A stretch of 64,000 nt of DNA from Hyphomicrobiales bacterium (GCA_038325465.1 JBBQJA010000001.1:148499-212498); one strand, 5' to 3'. Counted from the stretch's first letter, positions 12,312 to 21,331 are shown. Numbers and translations: made by a program. Notes: generated from the sequence alone by a model not told the origin.

Positions 12312-13967
12312 ATGACCTACGACTACATCATCACCGGCGGCGGACCTGCGGGCTGTGTGCTCGCAAACCGCCTGAGCGAGGACCCGGACGTGCGGGTGCT
12401 GCTGATCGAAGCGGGCGGCGGGGACTGGAACCCGCTGTTCCACATGCCGGCGGGCTTTGCGAAGATGACCAAGGGCGTGGGCAGTTGGGGTTGGGAAACC
12501 GTGCCGCAGCGGCACATGAAGGGCAGGGTGCTGCGCTATACCCAGGCCAAGGTGATCGGCGGCGGCTCCACCATCAATGCCCAGCTTTATACCCGAGGCA
12601 ACGCGGCGGACTACGATCTCTGGGCCCAGAGCGAGGGCTGTGTCGGCTGGGACTATCGCTCGGTTCTGCCCTATTTCAAGCGGGCAGAGGACAATCAGCG
12701 CTTTGCCGACGATTTTCACAGCTATGGCGGACCGCTGGGCGTGTCGATGCCGGTATCGGCGCTGCCGATCTGCGACGCCTATATCCGCGCGGGTCAGGAG
12801 CTTGGCATTCCCTACAACCCCGATTTCAACGGTCGCCAGCAAGCGGGCGTCGGTTTCTACCAGCTCACCCAACGCAACAGACGCCGCTCCTCGGCCTCGC
12901 TCGCCTATCTGGCACCGATCTCGGCGCGCAAGAACCTGACAATTCGTATGGGTCTCATGGTCAGCCGCGTCCTGATGGAGGCAAATCGGGTCATCGGGGT
13001 TGAAGCCGTGTCCGCAAAGGGCAAGGAAACATTCAGGGCGAGCCGCGAGGTGCTGGTGACATCCGGTGCCATCGGCTCGCCCAAACTTCTGCTTCAGTCC
13101 GGCATCGGGCCGGCCGATCACCTCCGCAAGGTCGGTGTGCCGGTGTTGCACGACCTCAAGGGTGTGGGGTCAAACCTGCAGGACCATCTCGACCTGTTCG
13201 TGATCTGCGAATGCACCGGCGACCACACCTATGACAACGTGGCCAAGCTGCACCGCACGCTCTGGGCGGGACTTGAATATGTGCTGTTCCGCTCCGGTCC
13301 CGTCGCCTCGTCGCTGTTTGAGACCGGCGGTTTCTGGTATGCCGATCCCGATGCGCGTTCACCCGACATCCAGTTCCATCTGGGGCTCGGATCAGGCATC
13401 GAAGCTGGCGTCGCCAAGTTGAAGAACGCAGGTGTGACACTCAATTCGGCCTATCTGCATCCGCACTCGCGCGGCACCGTCCGGCTTGCCTCGGCCGATC
13501 CGGGGTCTGCCCCCCTGATCGATCCCAATTATTGGGAGGATCCGCACGACCGGCGGATGTCCATTGAAGGGCTGAAGATCGCCCGCGAGATCATGGCGCA
13601 GGCGGCCCTCAAGCCTTTCGTGCTGGCGGAGCGGCTGCCGGGCCCTTCGGTCAAGAGCGATGACGACTATTTCGATTATGGTTGCGCCAACGCCAAGACC
13701 GACCATCACCCGGTCGGAACCTGCAAGATGGGCACCGGTTCTGATGCGGTGGTGGGGCTCGATCTCAAGGTTCACGGTCTTGAGGGGATCCGGGTCTGCG
13801 ACAGTTCGGTGATGCCGAGGGTCCCCTCCTGCAATACGAATGCGCCCACCATCATGGTGGGTGAAAAGGCGTCTGACATCATCCGAGGCCTGCCGCCGCT
13901 GCCGCCCGCCATCTTCAGCCACGAACGCAACGACGCCCGCGCCCGGGCTCGCGCTTTGATCAGCTGA
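12312..13967 (+). CDS. GMC-family oxidoreductase (choline/alcohol dehydrogenase-like)
   Basis: ATG 12312 gives MTYDYIITGGGPAGCVLANRLSED. GMC signatures are present (GGSTINAQLYTRG, HPVGTCKMG, VCDSSVMP). Confidence 0.85.
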   Translation: MTYDYIITGGGPAGCVLANRLSEDPDVRVLLIEAGGGDWNPLFHMPAGFAKMTKGVGSWGWETVPQRHMKGRVLRYTQAKVIGGGSTINAQLYTRGNAADYDLWAQSEGCVGWDYRSVLPYFKRAEDNQRFADDFHSYGGPLGVSMPVSALPICDAYIRAGQELGIPYNPDFNGRQQAGVGFYQLTQRNRRRSSASLAYLAPISARKNLTIRMGLMVSRVLMEANRVIGVEAVSAKGKETFRASREVLVTSGAIGSPKLLLQSGIGPADHLRKVGVPVLHDLKGVGSNLQDHLDLFVICECTGDHTYDNVAKLHRTLWAGLEYVLFRSGPVASSLFETGGFWYADPDARSPDIQFHLGLGSGIEAGVAKLKNAGVTLNSAYLHPHSRGTVRLASADPGSAPLIDPNYWEDPHDRRMSIEGLKIAREIMAQAALKPFVLAERLPGPSVKSDDDYFDYGCANAKTDHHPVGTCKMGTGSDAVVGLDLKVHGLEGIRVCDSSVMPRVPSCNTNAPTIMVGEKASDIIRGLPPLPPAIFSHERNDARARARALIS

Positions 13968-13998
13968 AACAGGTCGAGCACGTTGACCGCTCCGCTTG

Positions 13999-14101
13999 GA
14001 GCTGTTCCGGCGTTGCCAGAATCGCCGGAATAGCTCTACCACCTTGTTTTGACGCAATTCCGGACGCGAAAGCGGTGCCACTTTCGCTGCAATTGGTCTA
14101 G
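13999..14101 (+). repeat. Family B intergenic palindromic element, copy B1
   Basis: About 100 bp, near-identical to the copies at 18515, 39797(rc) and 50551(rc). Hairpin GAGCTGTTCCGGCG..CGCCGGAATAGCTC is followed by a CCTTGTTTTG tail, then hairpin GCGAAAG..CTTTCGC. Confidence 0.85.
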
Positions 14102-14175
14102 TGGATTGGGTTTGACATTTGGTACCCATTTCCAGCGTGTCCAAAACCAAATGTCAAACTCATAAAATCCACTAG
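14098..14175. repeat. Family C palindromic element, copy C1
   Basis: It has perfect 10-nt termini CTAGTGGATT / AATCCACTAG. Inner arms are TTTGACATTTGG / CCAAATGTCAAA. Related copies lie at 58352 and 59311. Confidence 0.85.
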
Positions 14176-14188
14176 AATCATAAGCTTA

Positions 14189-14265
14189 CTAGTGGTTTCC
14201 CTGATTCCAACATTTGCGCTGGAAGGTGCGGCAACGGGATGCAAATGTTGAAATCAAACCACTAG
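14189..14265. repeat. Family C-like palindromic element, copy C1'
   Basis: Termini are CTAGTGGTTT / AAACCACTAG. Inner arms are CAACATTTGC / GCAAATGTTG. It lies directly after C1. Confidence 0.75.
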
Positions 14266-14290
14266 TTCGCGAAACCAAAGGACACCATCC

Positions 14291-14608
14291 ATGATCCGCC
14301 ATTGCGTCTTCATCCGCTTCCGCGACACTGTCACCCCGGCGTTGCGCGACAGCCTGTTTGAGGAAATCTCCAGCCTGACCGGCCGTCTGCCCGGACTTCT
14401 CGCTGTCCATGTGGGTGCCAATGTCAGCCCGGAGACGGGGATGGACAAGGGCTTCGCAGACGGCTTTATCGTTGATTTCGACGGGCCTCAGGCGCGCGAT
14501 GTCTATCTTGCGGACCCCGCACACCAGGCTGTCGGTGCAAAGCTTGTGGCTCACGCAATCGAAGGTGTTGATGGTATACTGGTCTATGACCTGGAAGTTC
14601 CGGATTGA
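14291..14608 (+). CDS. Dabb-family stress-responsive A/B-barrel domain protein
   Basis: 105 aa. N-terminus MIRHCVFIRFRD and the C-terminal AHQAVG..LV motif are typical of the Dabb family. The size is right for a single domain. Confidence 0.7.
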   Translation: MIRHCVFIRFRDTVTPALRDSLFEEISSLTGRLPGLLAVHVGANVSPETGMDKGFADGFIVDFDGPQARDVYLADPAHQAVGAKLVAHAIEGVDGILVYDLEVPD

Positions 14609-14711
14609 ATGTGGTTCGGTGGTCTCAAGACAAACTGGTCACCCCCGTTGGGATAACAGACATTTCTATCTTGCCTTTTAGTCTTCAACCCTTACCATGC
14701 TCTCATTGTAC

Positions 14712-15757
14712 ATGAATAATTGCGGGATGGATTACAACGCCGATAAACCTCACTCGCGGGACATCGACCGTGACGACCTGACTTAGCGGCTTTACGACGT
14801 GGCTCTCAATCCTGCGCGCTATGAAGAACTGCTCGATCATTGGGAACGTACGGTCGGTCCGCTGCGGAATAAAATCGAAGGCGGGGTCTCGGGCGTTTTT
14901 GACGACAAGGTGATTATCGACAATTTTCAGCGCGCCGACAGTTTTCTCGACAAGATCGACCCGACCGAGGGACGCGACGAGAAGGCGGATCTGATCGCCC
15001 AGTTTGACAAAGTGGCTGTTGTTCTGTTTTCCGACCAACTCCGGGTGGCGGGCAACAATCCGCTCGCGTCCCAGGTACTGGGTGCGGAACCCGACCTGCC
15101 CTTGACCGAGCTCAAGATCGACCAGCTCGACCATGCGGTGCTGTCCGGCCAGATCCTCAGGATGCTGTCTTCAGGCGGGCGCGATCCCGTCGTGTTGCGC
15201 ATAAGGTCATCCGACAAAGGCCGGTTTATCGTCCTGCACATGCGTGTCTGCGCATTCCGCAATCAGCCGCCGTTGGTGATCGCAATCACGTCGGAAGTCG
15301 TCTGGCCGGTGCGCGCTACACGCCCCATCTGCTGCCCTTCATGGTCAAGGCCGGCTTCCATCTCGCCCGCAAGAACGGCAAGGCCGCCTTCGTCGCCTCC
15401 GTCTTCGGCAAATCGCCGGCCGATGTGGAGACCTTCGAAAACGAAGAAGTCTTCGAGGCGATGATCGCGGGCTCCGAGACCGCACTGTCGGAGACCCATA
15501 CGGCGCATCTGTCCTTTTCCCGCCAGGTGGTCATCCAGGAGACAACGGATTGGCGATCGGTGGTCGACAACCTCAAGGGACGGGTGCCGGTGCATTTCTT
15601 CAACGGTCTGCAGGACCCCAAGGTCGCACCGCAGACCTTGAAGGAGTTCCAGGAGGACTATCCCTGGATCGATTTCCGCATCTACAAGCAGGCCGGTCAA
15701 CTGGTGTCCTTCCGCTGCTGGCGCGATGTGATGGATGTCGCCATGCGGTATCTCTGA
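14712..15757 (+). pseudogene. Disrupted gene of unknown function (in-frame TAG plus -1 frameshift)
   Basis: ATG 14712 and GTG 14799 share one frame, separated by TAG 14784-14786 (..RDDLT*RLYDVALNPARYEELL..). Coding character jumps frame near 15305-15312: ..ITSEVVWP becomes ..GARYTPHLLPFMVKAG.., ending at 15757. Confidence 0.6.
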
Positions 15758-15996
15758 AGGTTTGGGCGGCGCAGGTGCCGACGCGTTCGTTCAGGCTTGA
15801 CTCTGCCAGTCGAGCAGCCCGAAACAGGCACCGACATCGTCGGCCGTTTCAAGCGATCAGGTCATGGCAAAGACCTTTCCGGTCGCCTCTCGGGACAGCA
15901 ACCCGTCAGCACAGGTGGCGGCTGTCATCAGGGATGTCCTTGTCATATGGGGTCGCCGGGAAGGGGTGGTCCTCGCCGGCGATTGATAGATGCAGC

Positions 15997-17166
15997 TCAG
16001 GTGTTGGTGGCCGCCCGCATGGCCTTGATCAGCGCAGCCTTCCGCTCAAATCCGATACCGGGGCTGTCAGGAAGCGCCACGCGGCCGTTCTCGACGCTGA
16101 TGCCGTCGGCAAAGCCGCCGAAGGGTTTGAACACTTCGGGGTAACTTTCGTTGCCACCAAGCTTCAGACCGGCTGCAATGTTGAGCGAGAGCTGATGACC
16201 TCCATGGGGAATGCAGTTGCGGCTGGAGAAGCCCTCCTTTCCGATGGCGTCGAGCGTGCGCATGTATTCGACGAGACCGTACGACAGCACGCAGTCAAAC
16301 TGCAGCCAGTCGCGATCGGGGCGCATGCCGCCGTGGCGGACCAGGTTGCGCGCATCCTGGTGGGAGAACAGGTTTTCACCGGTCGCCATCGCGCCGGGAT
16401 AGACCTTGGCGAGTTCGGCCTGGAGATGGTAGTCGAGCGGGTCGCCCGCTTCCTCATACCAGAACAGATTGTAAGGCTTCATCGCCTCTCCATAGGCGAG
16501 GGCGGTTTCAAGGTCGAAGCGGCCGTTGGCGTCGACGGCGAGATACTTGCCTTCGCCCACCACCTTGAGCACGCTTTCGATGCGGCGAATGTCTTCCTCC
16601 AGCGGCGCCCCGCCGATCTTCATCTTCACCACCTCGTAGCCCATTGCGCGGTAGCGCCGCATCTCCTCTTGCAGCTCGCTGTCATCCTTGCCGGGGTAAT
16701 AATACCCGCCCGCCGCATAGACAAAGACGCTGTCGTCGGCCGTGCCGTCGCCATAGGCATCGGCCAGATGCCGGTAGAGTGGCACGCCCTTGATCTTGGC
16801 GACCGCGTCCCAGACGGCCATGTCGACCACGCCGACGGCCACCGACCGCTCGCCGTGGCCACCGGGCTTCTCGTTCATCATCATCGTCTTCCAGATCTTG
16901 TGGGGATCGAGCGTCGCACCGTCGTCGGTGAGCAGACTGTCGGGATCGGCCTCTTTGAGCCGCGGCAGAAAGCGTTCGTTCAACAGTCCGGATGCGGCAT
17001 AGCGGCCGTTGGAATTGAAGCCATAGCCGACGACTGGCTTGCCGTCGCGGATGACGTCGGTCACGACCGCAACCACGCTGACATTCATCTTGGAGAAGTC
17101 GATATAGGCATTGCGGATGGGAGAGGCGATGGAGGCGACAGCTTCCCGGATTTCAAGAATGCGCAT
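15997..17166 (-). CDS. tarD: Enolase-superfamily dehydratase, D-tartrate dehydratase-like
   Basis: The start is MRILEIREAVASIASPIRNAYIDFSKM. Long blocks match the Bradyrhizobium D-tartrate dehydratase as I recall it (EKPGGHGERSVAVG, YAAGGYYYPGK, VVKMKIGGAP, LAVDANGRF, FWYEE.GDPLDY, ATGENLFS, PHGGHQ). Confidence 0.75.
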   Translation of the reverse strand: MRILEIREAVASIASPIRNAYIDFSKMNVSVVAVVTDVIRDGKPVVGYGFNSNGRYAASGLLNERFLPRLKEADPDSLLTDDGATLDPHKIWKTMMMNEKPGGHGERSVAVGVVDMAVWDAVAKIKGVPLYRHLADAYGDGTADDSVFVYAAGGYYYPGKDDSELQEEMRRYRAMGYEVVKMKIGGAPLEEDIRRIESVLKVVGEGKYLAVDANGRFDLETALAYGEAMKPYNLFWYEEAGDPLDYHLQAELAKVYPGAMATGENLFSHQDARNLVRHGGMRPDRDWLQFDCVLSYGLVEYMRTLDAIGKEGFSSRNCIPHGGHQLSLNIAAGLKLGGNESYPEVFKPFGGFADGISVENGRVALPDSPGIGFERKAALIKAMRAATNT

Positions 17167-17455
17167 TGTCAGGTCCTTTGCTTGCAGGTCCGGCTTCAAG
17201 CCGGATGATGATCTGCGGTCCAATCATGGTGGTGGGAAACGAACGGACGAACGGGAAGCCCGCCACGATCACGAAGGCTGCGCCAAACGCCTTGGCGGAG
17301 GCGATCATCTCACTCAGGCCCCCCGGTGCGCTCCCCAGCATGAGCGTGACCGGGTCAAGGCTGGTGATGGCTGAAAGCAGCAGCCAAACCACGAAGGCCA
17401 TAGCGGCAATCAGGGCGAGGCCGCAACCGATTCCGGCATGGACTGCGCGCGGCAA
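17153..17455 (-). pseudogene. C-terminal remnant of an AbrB-family (putative ammonia-monooxygenase-like) membrane protein
   Basis: Only about 100 codons remain, with the LGSAPGGLSEMIA motif and a terminal TM helix. Full-length family members are about three times longer. Family A repeats replace the upstream part. Confidence 0.45.
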
Positions 17456-17469
17456 GCGGGCACGATCGT

Positions 17470-17683
17470 CACTACAGCGCCGCGCATCTTTTCAGACGCG
17501 CAAAGGCCGCTGTAAAACATTGAATGAATGCGTGTCCATTATCGCTCAAATGAACCCATTTGTGCGCGACATGCATTACAGCGCCGCGCGTCTTTTCAGA
17601 CGCGCGAAGGTCGCTGTAACCCTTTGAATGAATGCATGTACGTTATCGCACAAATGAACCCATTTGTGCGCGACATGCATTAG
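17470..17683. repeat. Family A double-hairpin element, two tandem copies
   Basis: The unit is about 105 bp. Hairpins are TTACAGCG..GCGCGTCT/AGACGCGC..CGCTGTAA and ATGCATGT..CGCACAAATG/CATTTGTGCG..ACATGCAT. Other copies lie at 21790 and 37149, with a half copy at 18470. Confidence 0.85.
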
Positions 17684-17715
17684 GGCTTTGAAGCCATCTG
17701 CATAATGTTTACAAC

Positions 17716-18423
17716 GTGTCGATGGAGACTGTGCTGAACTCAACCCGGGCTGAAGAACCTCAAGCGAGCGACTTGCTCGTGCTTCGAACGTCCTCGCTCA
17801 CGGGGGCGCTGGAGCGCGAGCTCGAGCATCTTATTCTGACCGGCGAACTCAAACCGGGCGAGCGTCTCAACGAGATCCAGCTGTCGGCGCGTTTCGGCAC
17901 GAGCCGCGGTCCACTGCGGGAGGCGACCCGCGGCCTGCAGGCCAAAGGGCTGGTGGATGCGATCCGCAACCGCGGGGTTTTCGTCCGGTCGATTTCGCCC
18001 GAAGAAGCCTTCGAGATCTACGATGTGCGCGCGGCGCTGTTCGGCCTTGCCGGCAGGCTGCTCACCGACATGGTTTCCGATGCAATGCTGGCGCGTCTCA
18101 ATGCCTGTCTCGACCAGATGGACGAGATTGCCAAGGAACGGGATTTTGATCGCTACTATCCGCTCAACCTCGAGTTCCACGATTTCCTGATCAAATCGAC
18201 CAAAAACAAGATGCTTGACCGGGAATACCAGGGCACGGTCAACAAGCTGCATCTGTGCCGGGCCAAGGGCCTTGTTCAGGCGAGCGGCCTTTCGGTCTCC
18301 AATCGGGAACACCGGGAAATGGTCGACGCGCTGGCGTCCGGCAACCGCGAGCGGGCGCAAGAGGCATTTTTCCGTCATGTCGAGCGCTCGAAGCTCAGGT
18401 TTGCGACAACGCTTGTGAAGTAA
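17716..18423 (+). CDS. GntR-family transcriptional regulator (FadR/FCD subfamily)
   Basis: A winged-HTH N-terminus is present (GELKPGERLNEIQLSARFGTSRGPLREA). The C-terminal domain is all-helical and FCD-like with conserved His residues. Confidence 0.8.
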   Translation: MSMETVLNSTRAEEPQASDLLVLRTSSLTGALERELEHLILTGELKPGERLNEIQLSARFGTSRGPLREATRGLQAKGLVDAIRNRGVFVRSISPEEAFEIYDVRAALFGLAGRLLTDMVSDAMLARLNACLDQMDEIAKERDFDRYYPLNLEFHDFLIKSTKNKMLDREYQGTVNKLHLCRAKGLVQASGLSVSNREHREMVDALASGNRERAQEAFFRHVERSKLRFATTLVK

Positions 18424-18469
18424 GGGCGCCTCGTTGCAGACAATTGGTGGCTGGCAGAACGCGTTTTTC

Positions 18470-18516
18470 GCATTCATTCGTTCAATCAAACCCGATTGAA
18501 CGCGACGTGCATTAGA
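18470..18516. repeat. Family A half element (second hairpin only, diverged)
   Basis: GCATTCATTCGTTCAATCAAACCCGATTGAACGCGACGTGCATTAG matches the 3' half of family A. It abuts copy B2. Confidence 0.6.
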
Positions 18517-18616
18517 GCTCTTCCGGCATTGCCAGATTCGCCGGAATAGCTCTATCCTCTTGTCTTGACGCAATTCCGGACGCGAAAGCGGTGCCACTTT
18601 CGCTGCAATTGCTCTA
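18515..18616 (+). repeat. Family B element, copy B2
   Basis: Same architecture as B1. It lies in the convergent gap between the GntR stop (18423) and the GMC stop (18685). Confidence 0.85.
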
Positions 18617-18684
18617 TGCAAAAAACCTGGGGGCGGCGAACCGGCCCCAGGTCTTTCTTTCGCTTTTGCGCATGGCGATGAACG

Positions 18685-20256
18685 TCAGATCGTGCCCTTG
18701 GCGATCTCCGACGCAATGTGGTCGGCCTGGCGGATGGCCAGCGCCACAATCGTCAGTGTCGGATTTTCCGAAGCACCCGTGGTGAACTGGCTGCCATCGG
18801 AGATGAACAGGTTTGCCACGTCGTGGGTCTGGCCCCACTTGCCGCAAACGCCCTCGCGCGGGTCTTCCGACATGCGGTTGGTTCCCAGATTGTGGGTCGA
18901 CGGATAGGGCGGCGTCGGGAACACCCGGGTCGCGCCCAGCGCTTCGTAGATCGCCATGCCCTGCTTGTAGGCATGGGTGCGCATCGCCACATCGTTTGGA
19001 TGATCGGTGAAATGGACATTGGGCACCGGGTTGCCGTACTGGTCGAGCGCTGCGGTGTTGAGGGTGATGCGGTTGGTCTCCTGCGGCATGTCTTCGCCCA
19101 CGATCCAGAGACCGGCCATGTTCTCGTAGCCGTCCAGCGCCGTGGCGAATTCACGGCCCCAGGCGCCCGGATTGAGGAAGGCCGCCATGAACGGCAGGCC
19201 AAGCGCCAGCGTTTCCAGCTCATATCCGCCAACGAAACCGCGCGACGGATCATGGCGCGCCTCGTCTTGCACGATGCCGGCCATGGTGGTGCCACGCCAC
19301 ATCTTCACCGGCTTGTCAAACACGCCATAGACCGAGCCGGTCATGTGGCGCATGTAGTTTCGGCCGACCTGGCCTGACGAGTTGGCGAGTCCGTTGGGGA
19401 ACTTCTCGGACGCCGACAGCAGAAGCAGCCGCGGGCTTTCGATCGAGTTGCCGGCGACACAGACGATCCGCGCTTTCTGGGTCTTCTGGTTGCCGTCCTT
19501 GTCCATGTAGACCACGCCGGTGGCGCGGCCGTCGCCGTCATGCTCAATCTTGACCACGTGGGCACGCTCCCGCACTTCGAGATTTCCCGTTGCCTCGCCG
19601 CGCGGGATATCGGTGTAGGCGGTCGACCATTTGGCGCCCCACTTGCACCCCTGGAAACAAAACCCGGTCTGCTGGCAGGACGTGCGATCGTCGTAATCCT
19701 GGCTGTTGATGGCCATGTTGCCGGTGTGGACTTCCTTGTAGCCGAGCTTTTTCGCGCCTGCTTCAAAGACCTTGAAATTGTTGTTTCCGGGCAGGGCGGG
19801 ACGGTTGCCGGTGCGGGTCACGCCGAGCTTGGTTTCGGCCTTTTCGTACCAGGGTGCCATTTCGGCGAGATCGACCGGCCAGTCGATGAGGTTGGCACCG
19901 GGTACGTTGCCATAGGTGGTCCGCGCCTTGAACTCATGCTCCTGGAAGCGAAGCGATGCGCCGGCCCAGTGGGTGGTCGTGCCGCCGACGGCCTTCACGA
20001 TCCAGGCGGGGAGACCGGAAAAGTCCTTGGCCACGCGCCAGTCGCCCGATGTCGTGCGCTTGTCGAGCCAGGCCAGCTGGCCAAAGCTCTCCCACTCGTC
20101 GTTGACGAAATCGTCGGGCGTGTAGCGTCCGCCGGCTTCAAGCGCGACGACGCTGATGCCCTTCTGGGCCAATTCATTGGCCACCACGCCGCCGCCGGCG
20201 CCGGTGCCGATGACGACGACGACAGTGTCGTCGGTGAGATCAAATGGTGCTGTCAT
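18685..20256 (-). CDS. GMC-family flavoprotein dehydrogenase, large subunit (gluconate 2-dehydrogenase/glucoside 3-dehydrogenase type)
   Basis: ATG 20256 is preceded by GGAGGA. The FAD fold VVVVIGTGAGGGVVA is present. The gene is tightly coupled to the upstream small Tat-signal subunit. Confidence 0.8.
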   Translation of the reverse strand: MTAPFDLTDDTVVVVIGTGAGGGVVANELAQKGISVVALEAGGRYTPDDFVNDEWESFGQLAWLDKRTTSGDWRVAKDFSGLPAWIVKAVGGTTTHWAGASLRFQEHEFKARTTYGNVPGANLIDWPVDLAEMAPWYEKAETKLGVTRTGNRPALPGNNNFKVFEAGAKKLGYKEVHTGNMAINSQDYDDRTSCQQTGFCFQGCKWGAKWSTAYTDIPRGEATGNLEVRERAHVVKIEHDGDGRATGVVYMDKDGNQKTQKARIVCVAGNSIESPRLLLLSASEKFPNGLANSSGQVGRNYMRHMTGSVYGVFDKPVKMWRGTTMAGIVQDEARHDPSRGFVGGYELETLALGLPFMAAFLNPGAWGREFATALDGYENMAGLWIVGEDMPQETNRITLNTAALDQYGNPVPNVHFTDHPNDVAMRTHAYKQGMAIYEALGATRVFPTPPYPSTHNLGTNRMSEDPREGVCGKWGQTHDVANLFISDGSQFTTGASENPTLTIVALAIRQADHIASEIAKGTI

Positions 20257-20270
20257 GAGACTTTCCTCCC

Positions 20271-20819
20271 TCAAATCCAACTGATGTCGTCAAAGCCGCG
20301 CGCAATATAGCCGCCCTGCGAATGGCTCTCGCCTTCATAGCCAAACAGCGGCCAGACCGCTTTCTGGTTGTAGAGACCGGTCACTAGCCCGCCGCGAACG
20401 GTCTGGAAAAAGGCGCTTTCTTCCATGCCGCGCAGGATATCGACGCGGTCGCGTTCCCATCCGGATTCCAGATAGCTGGCGTGGCCTTTGCCCTTGGCGG
20501 CGGCGTTGAGCGCGGCGATGCCCGCCTCCACCATTTCCGCCATTTCGGCGTTGTCGTATCCTTTGACGGCGATGGCGTAGAATTCGTCGGCAATCCGGTC
20601 ATGGGGGTAGATGTCGCGCGCCATCTGGACCAGCGTCGCCATGGTTTCGGGCTTGAGCGCGGTAACTTCCATCGCCCAGGCGGCGGTCGAACTTGCAATG
20701 AAGCCTGTACCGACCACGAAGACGGCTCCCACCGCCATGCTGCGCGACAGAAGCTCTCGCCGCGTCAATCCTGCCCTGCTGCCGGTTGTGTTTCCGGCCT
20801 CCTCAATTGGTCGTGTCAT
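20271..20819 (-). CDS. Gluconate 2-dehydrogenase subunit 3 family protein (Tat-signal small subunit)
   Basis: ATG 20819 is preceded by GGGAGGA. Twin-arginine signal is TRRELLSRSMAVGAV. The product is about 180 aa, and the stop lies 14 nt before the large-subunit start. Confidence 0.75.
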   Translation of the reverse strand: MTRPIEEAGNTTGSRAGLTRRELLSRSMAVGAVFVVGTGFIASSTAAWAMEVTALKPETMATLVQMARDIYPHDRIADEFYAIAVKGYDNAEMAEMVEAGIAALNAAAKGKGHASYLESGWERDRVDILRGMEESAFFQTVRGGLVTGLYNQKAVWPLFGYEGESHSQGGYIARGFDDISWI

Positions 20820-20845
20820 GGTTTCCTCCCGTGTGAGACTTGAAA

Positions 20846-21241
20846 TCAACGGTATCTTCCGTGCCGTTGCAGCACTTCGATCTGATAGCCATCCGGATCC
20901 TGGACGAAGAAAAACCGCGCCAGCAGGGCACCGTCGCGGTTGAAGTCGACGATCTTGCGCGGGTTCAAGCCGGCGTCGGTAAAGCGGGCGTGTTCGGTTT
21001 CGAGGTCGGCGACGCAGACAGCCAGATGGCCGTAGCCGTCACCCAGATCGTAGGGTTCGGTCCGGCCCTTGTTGATGGTGAGTTCGAGTTCGAAATCGGC
21101 TTCCGCATTGCGCAGATAGACAAGCGTGAAGCCATCCAGATCCAGCCGCTCGGCGATATCGAGATTGAATGCCGCCTTGTAAAACGCCACGGACCGCGCT
21201 TCGTCAAGCACGCGAATCATCGAATGGATCTGTTTTGCCAA
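20846..21241 (-). CDS. VOC-family protein (glyoxalase I / lactoylglutathione lyase-like)
   Basis: 131 aa. It has paired beta-alpha-beta-beta-beta modules with metal ligands in the conserved places (HSMIRV.., GYGHLAV, YQIEVLQ). Confidence 0.8.
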   Translation of the reverse strand: MAKQIHSMIRVLDEARSVAFYKAAFNLDIAERLDLDGFTLVYLRNAEADFELELTINKGRTEPYDLGDGYGHLAVCVADLETEHARFTDAGLNPRKIVDFNRDGALLARFFFVQDPDGYQIEVLQRHGRYR

Positions 21242-21331
21242 CCCGGACCTCCCCTTCCATCGGCTTTCATTGACAAGAGCTTGGCAGACAGGAAATGGCC
21301 GTTGGTAGTAGCGACTTACTACAGCATTTAT

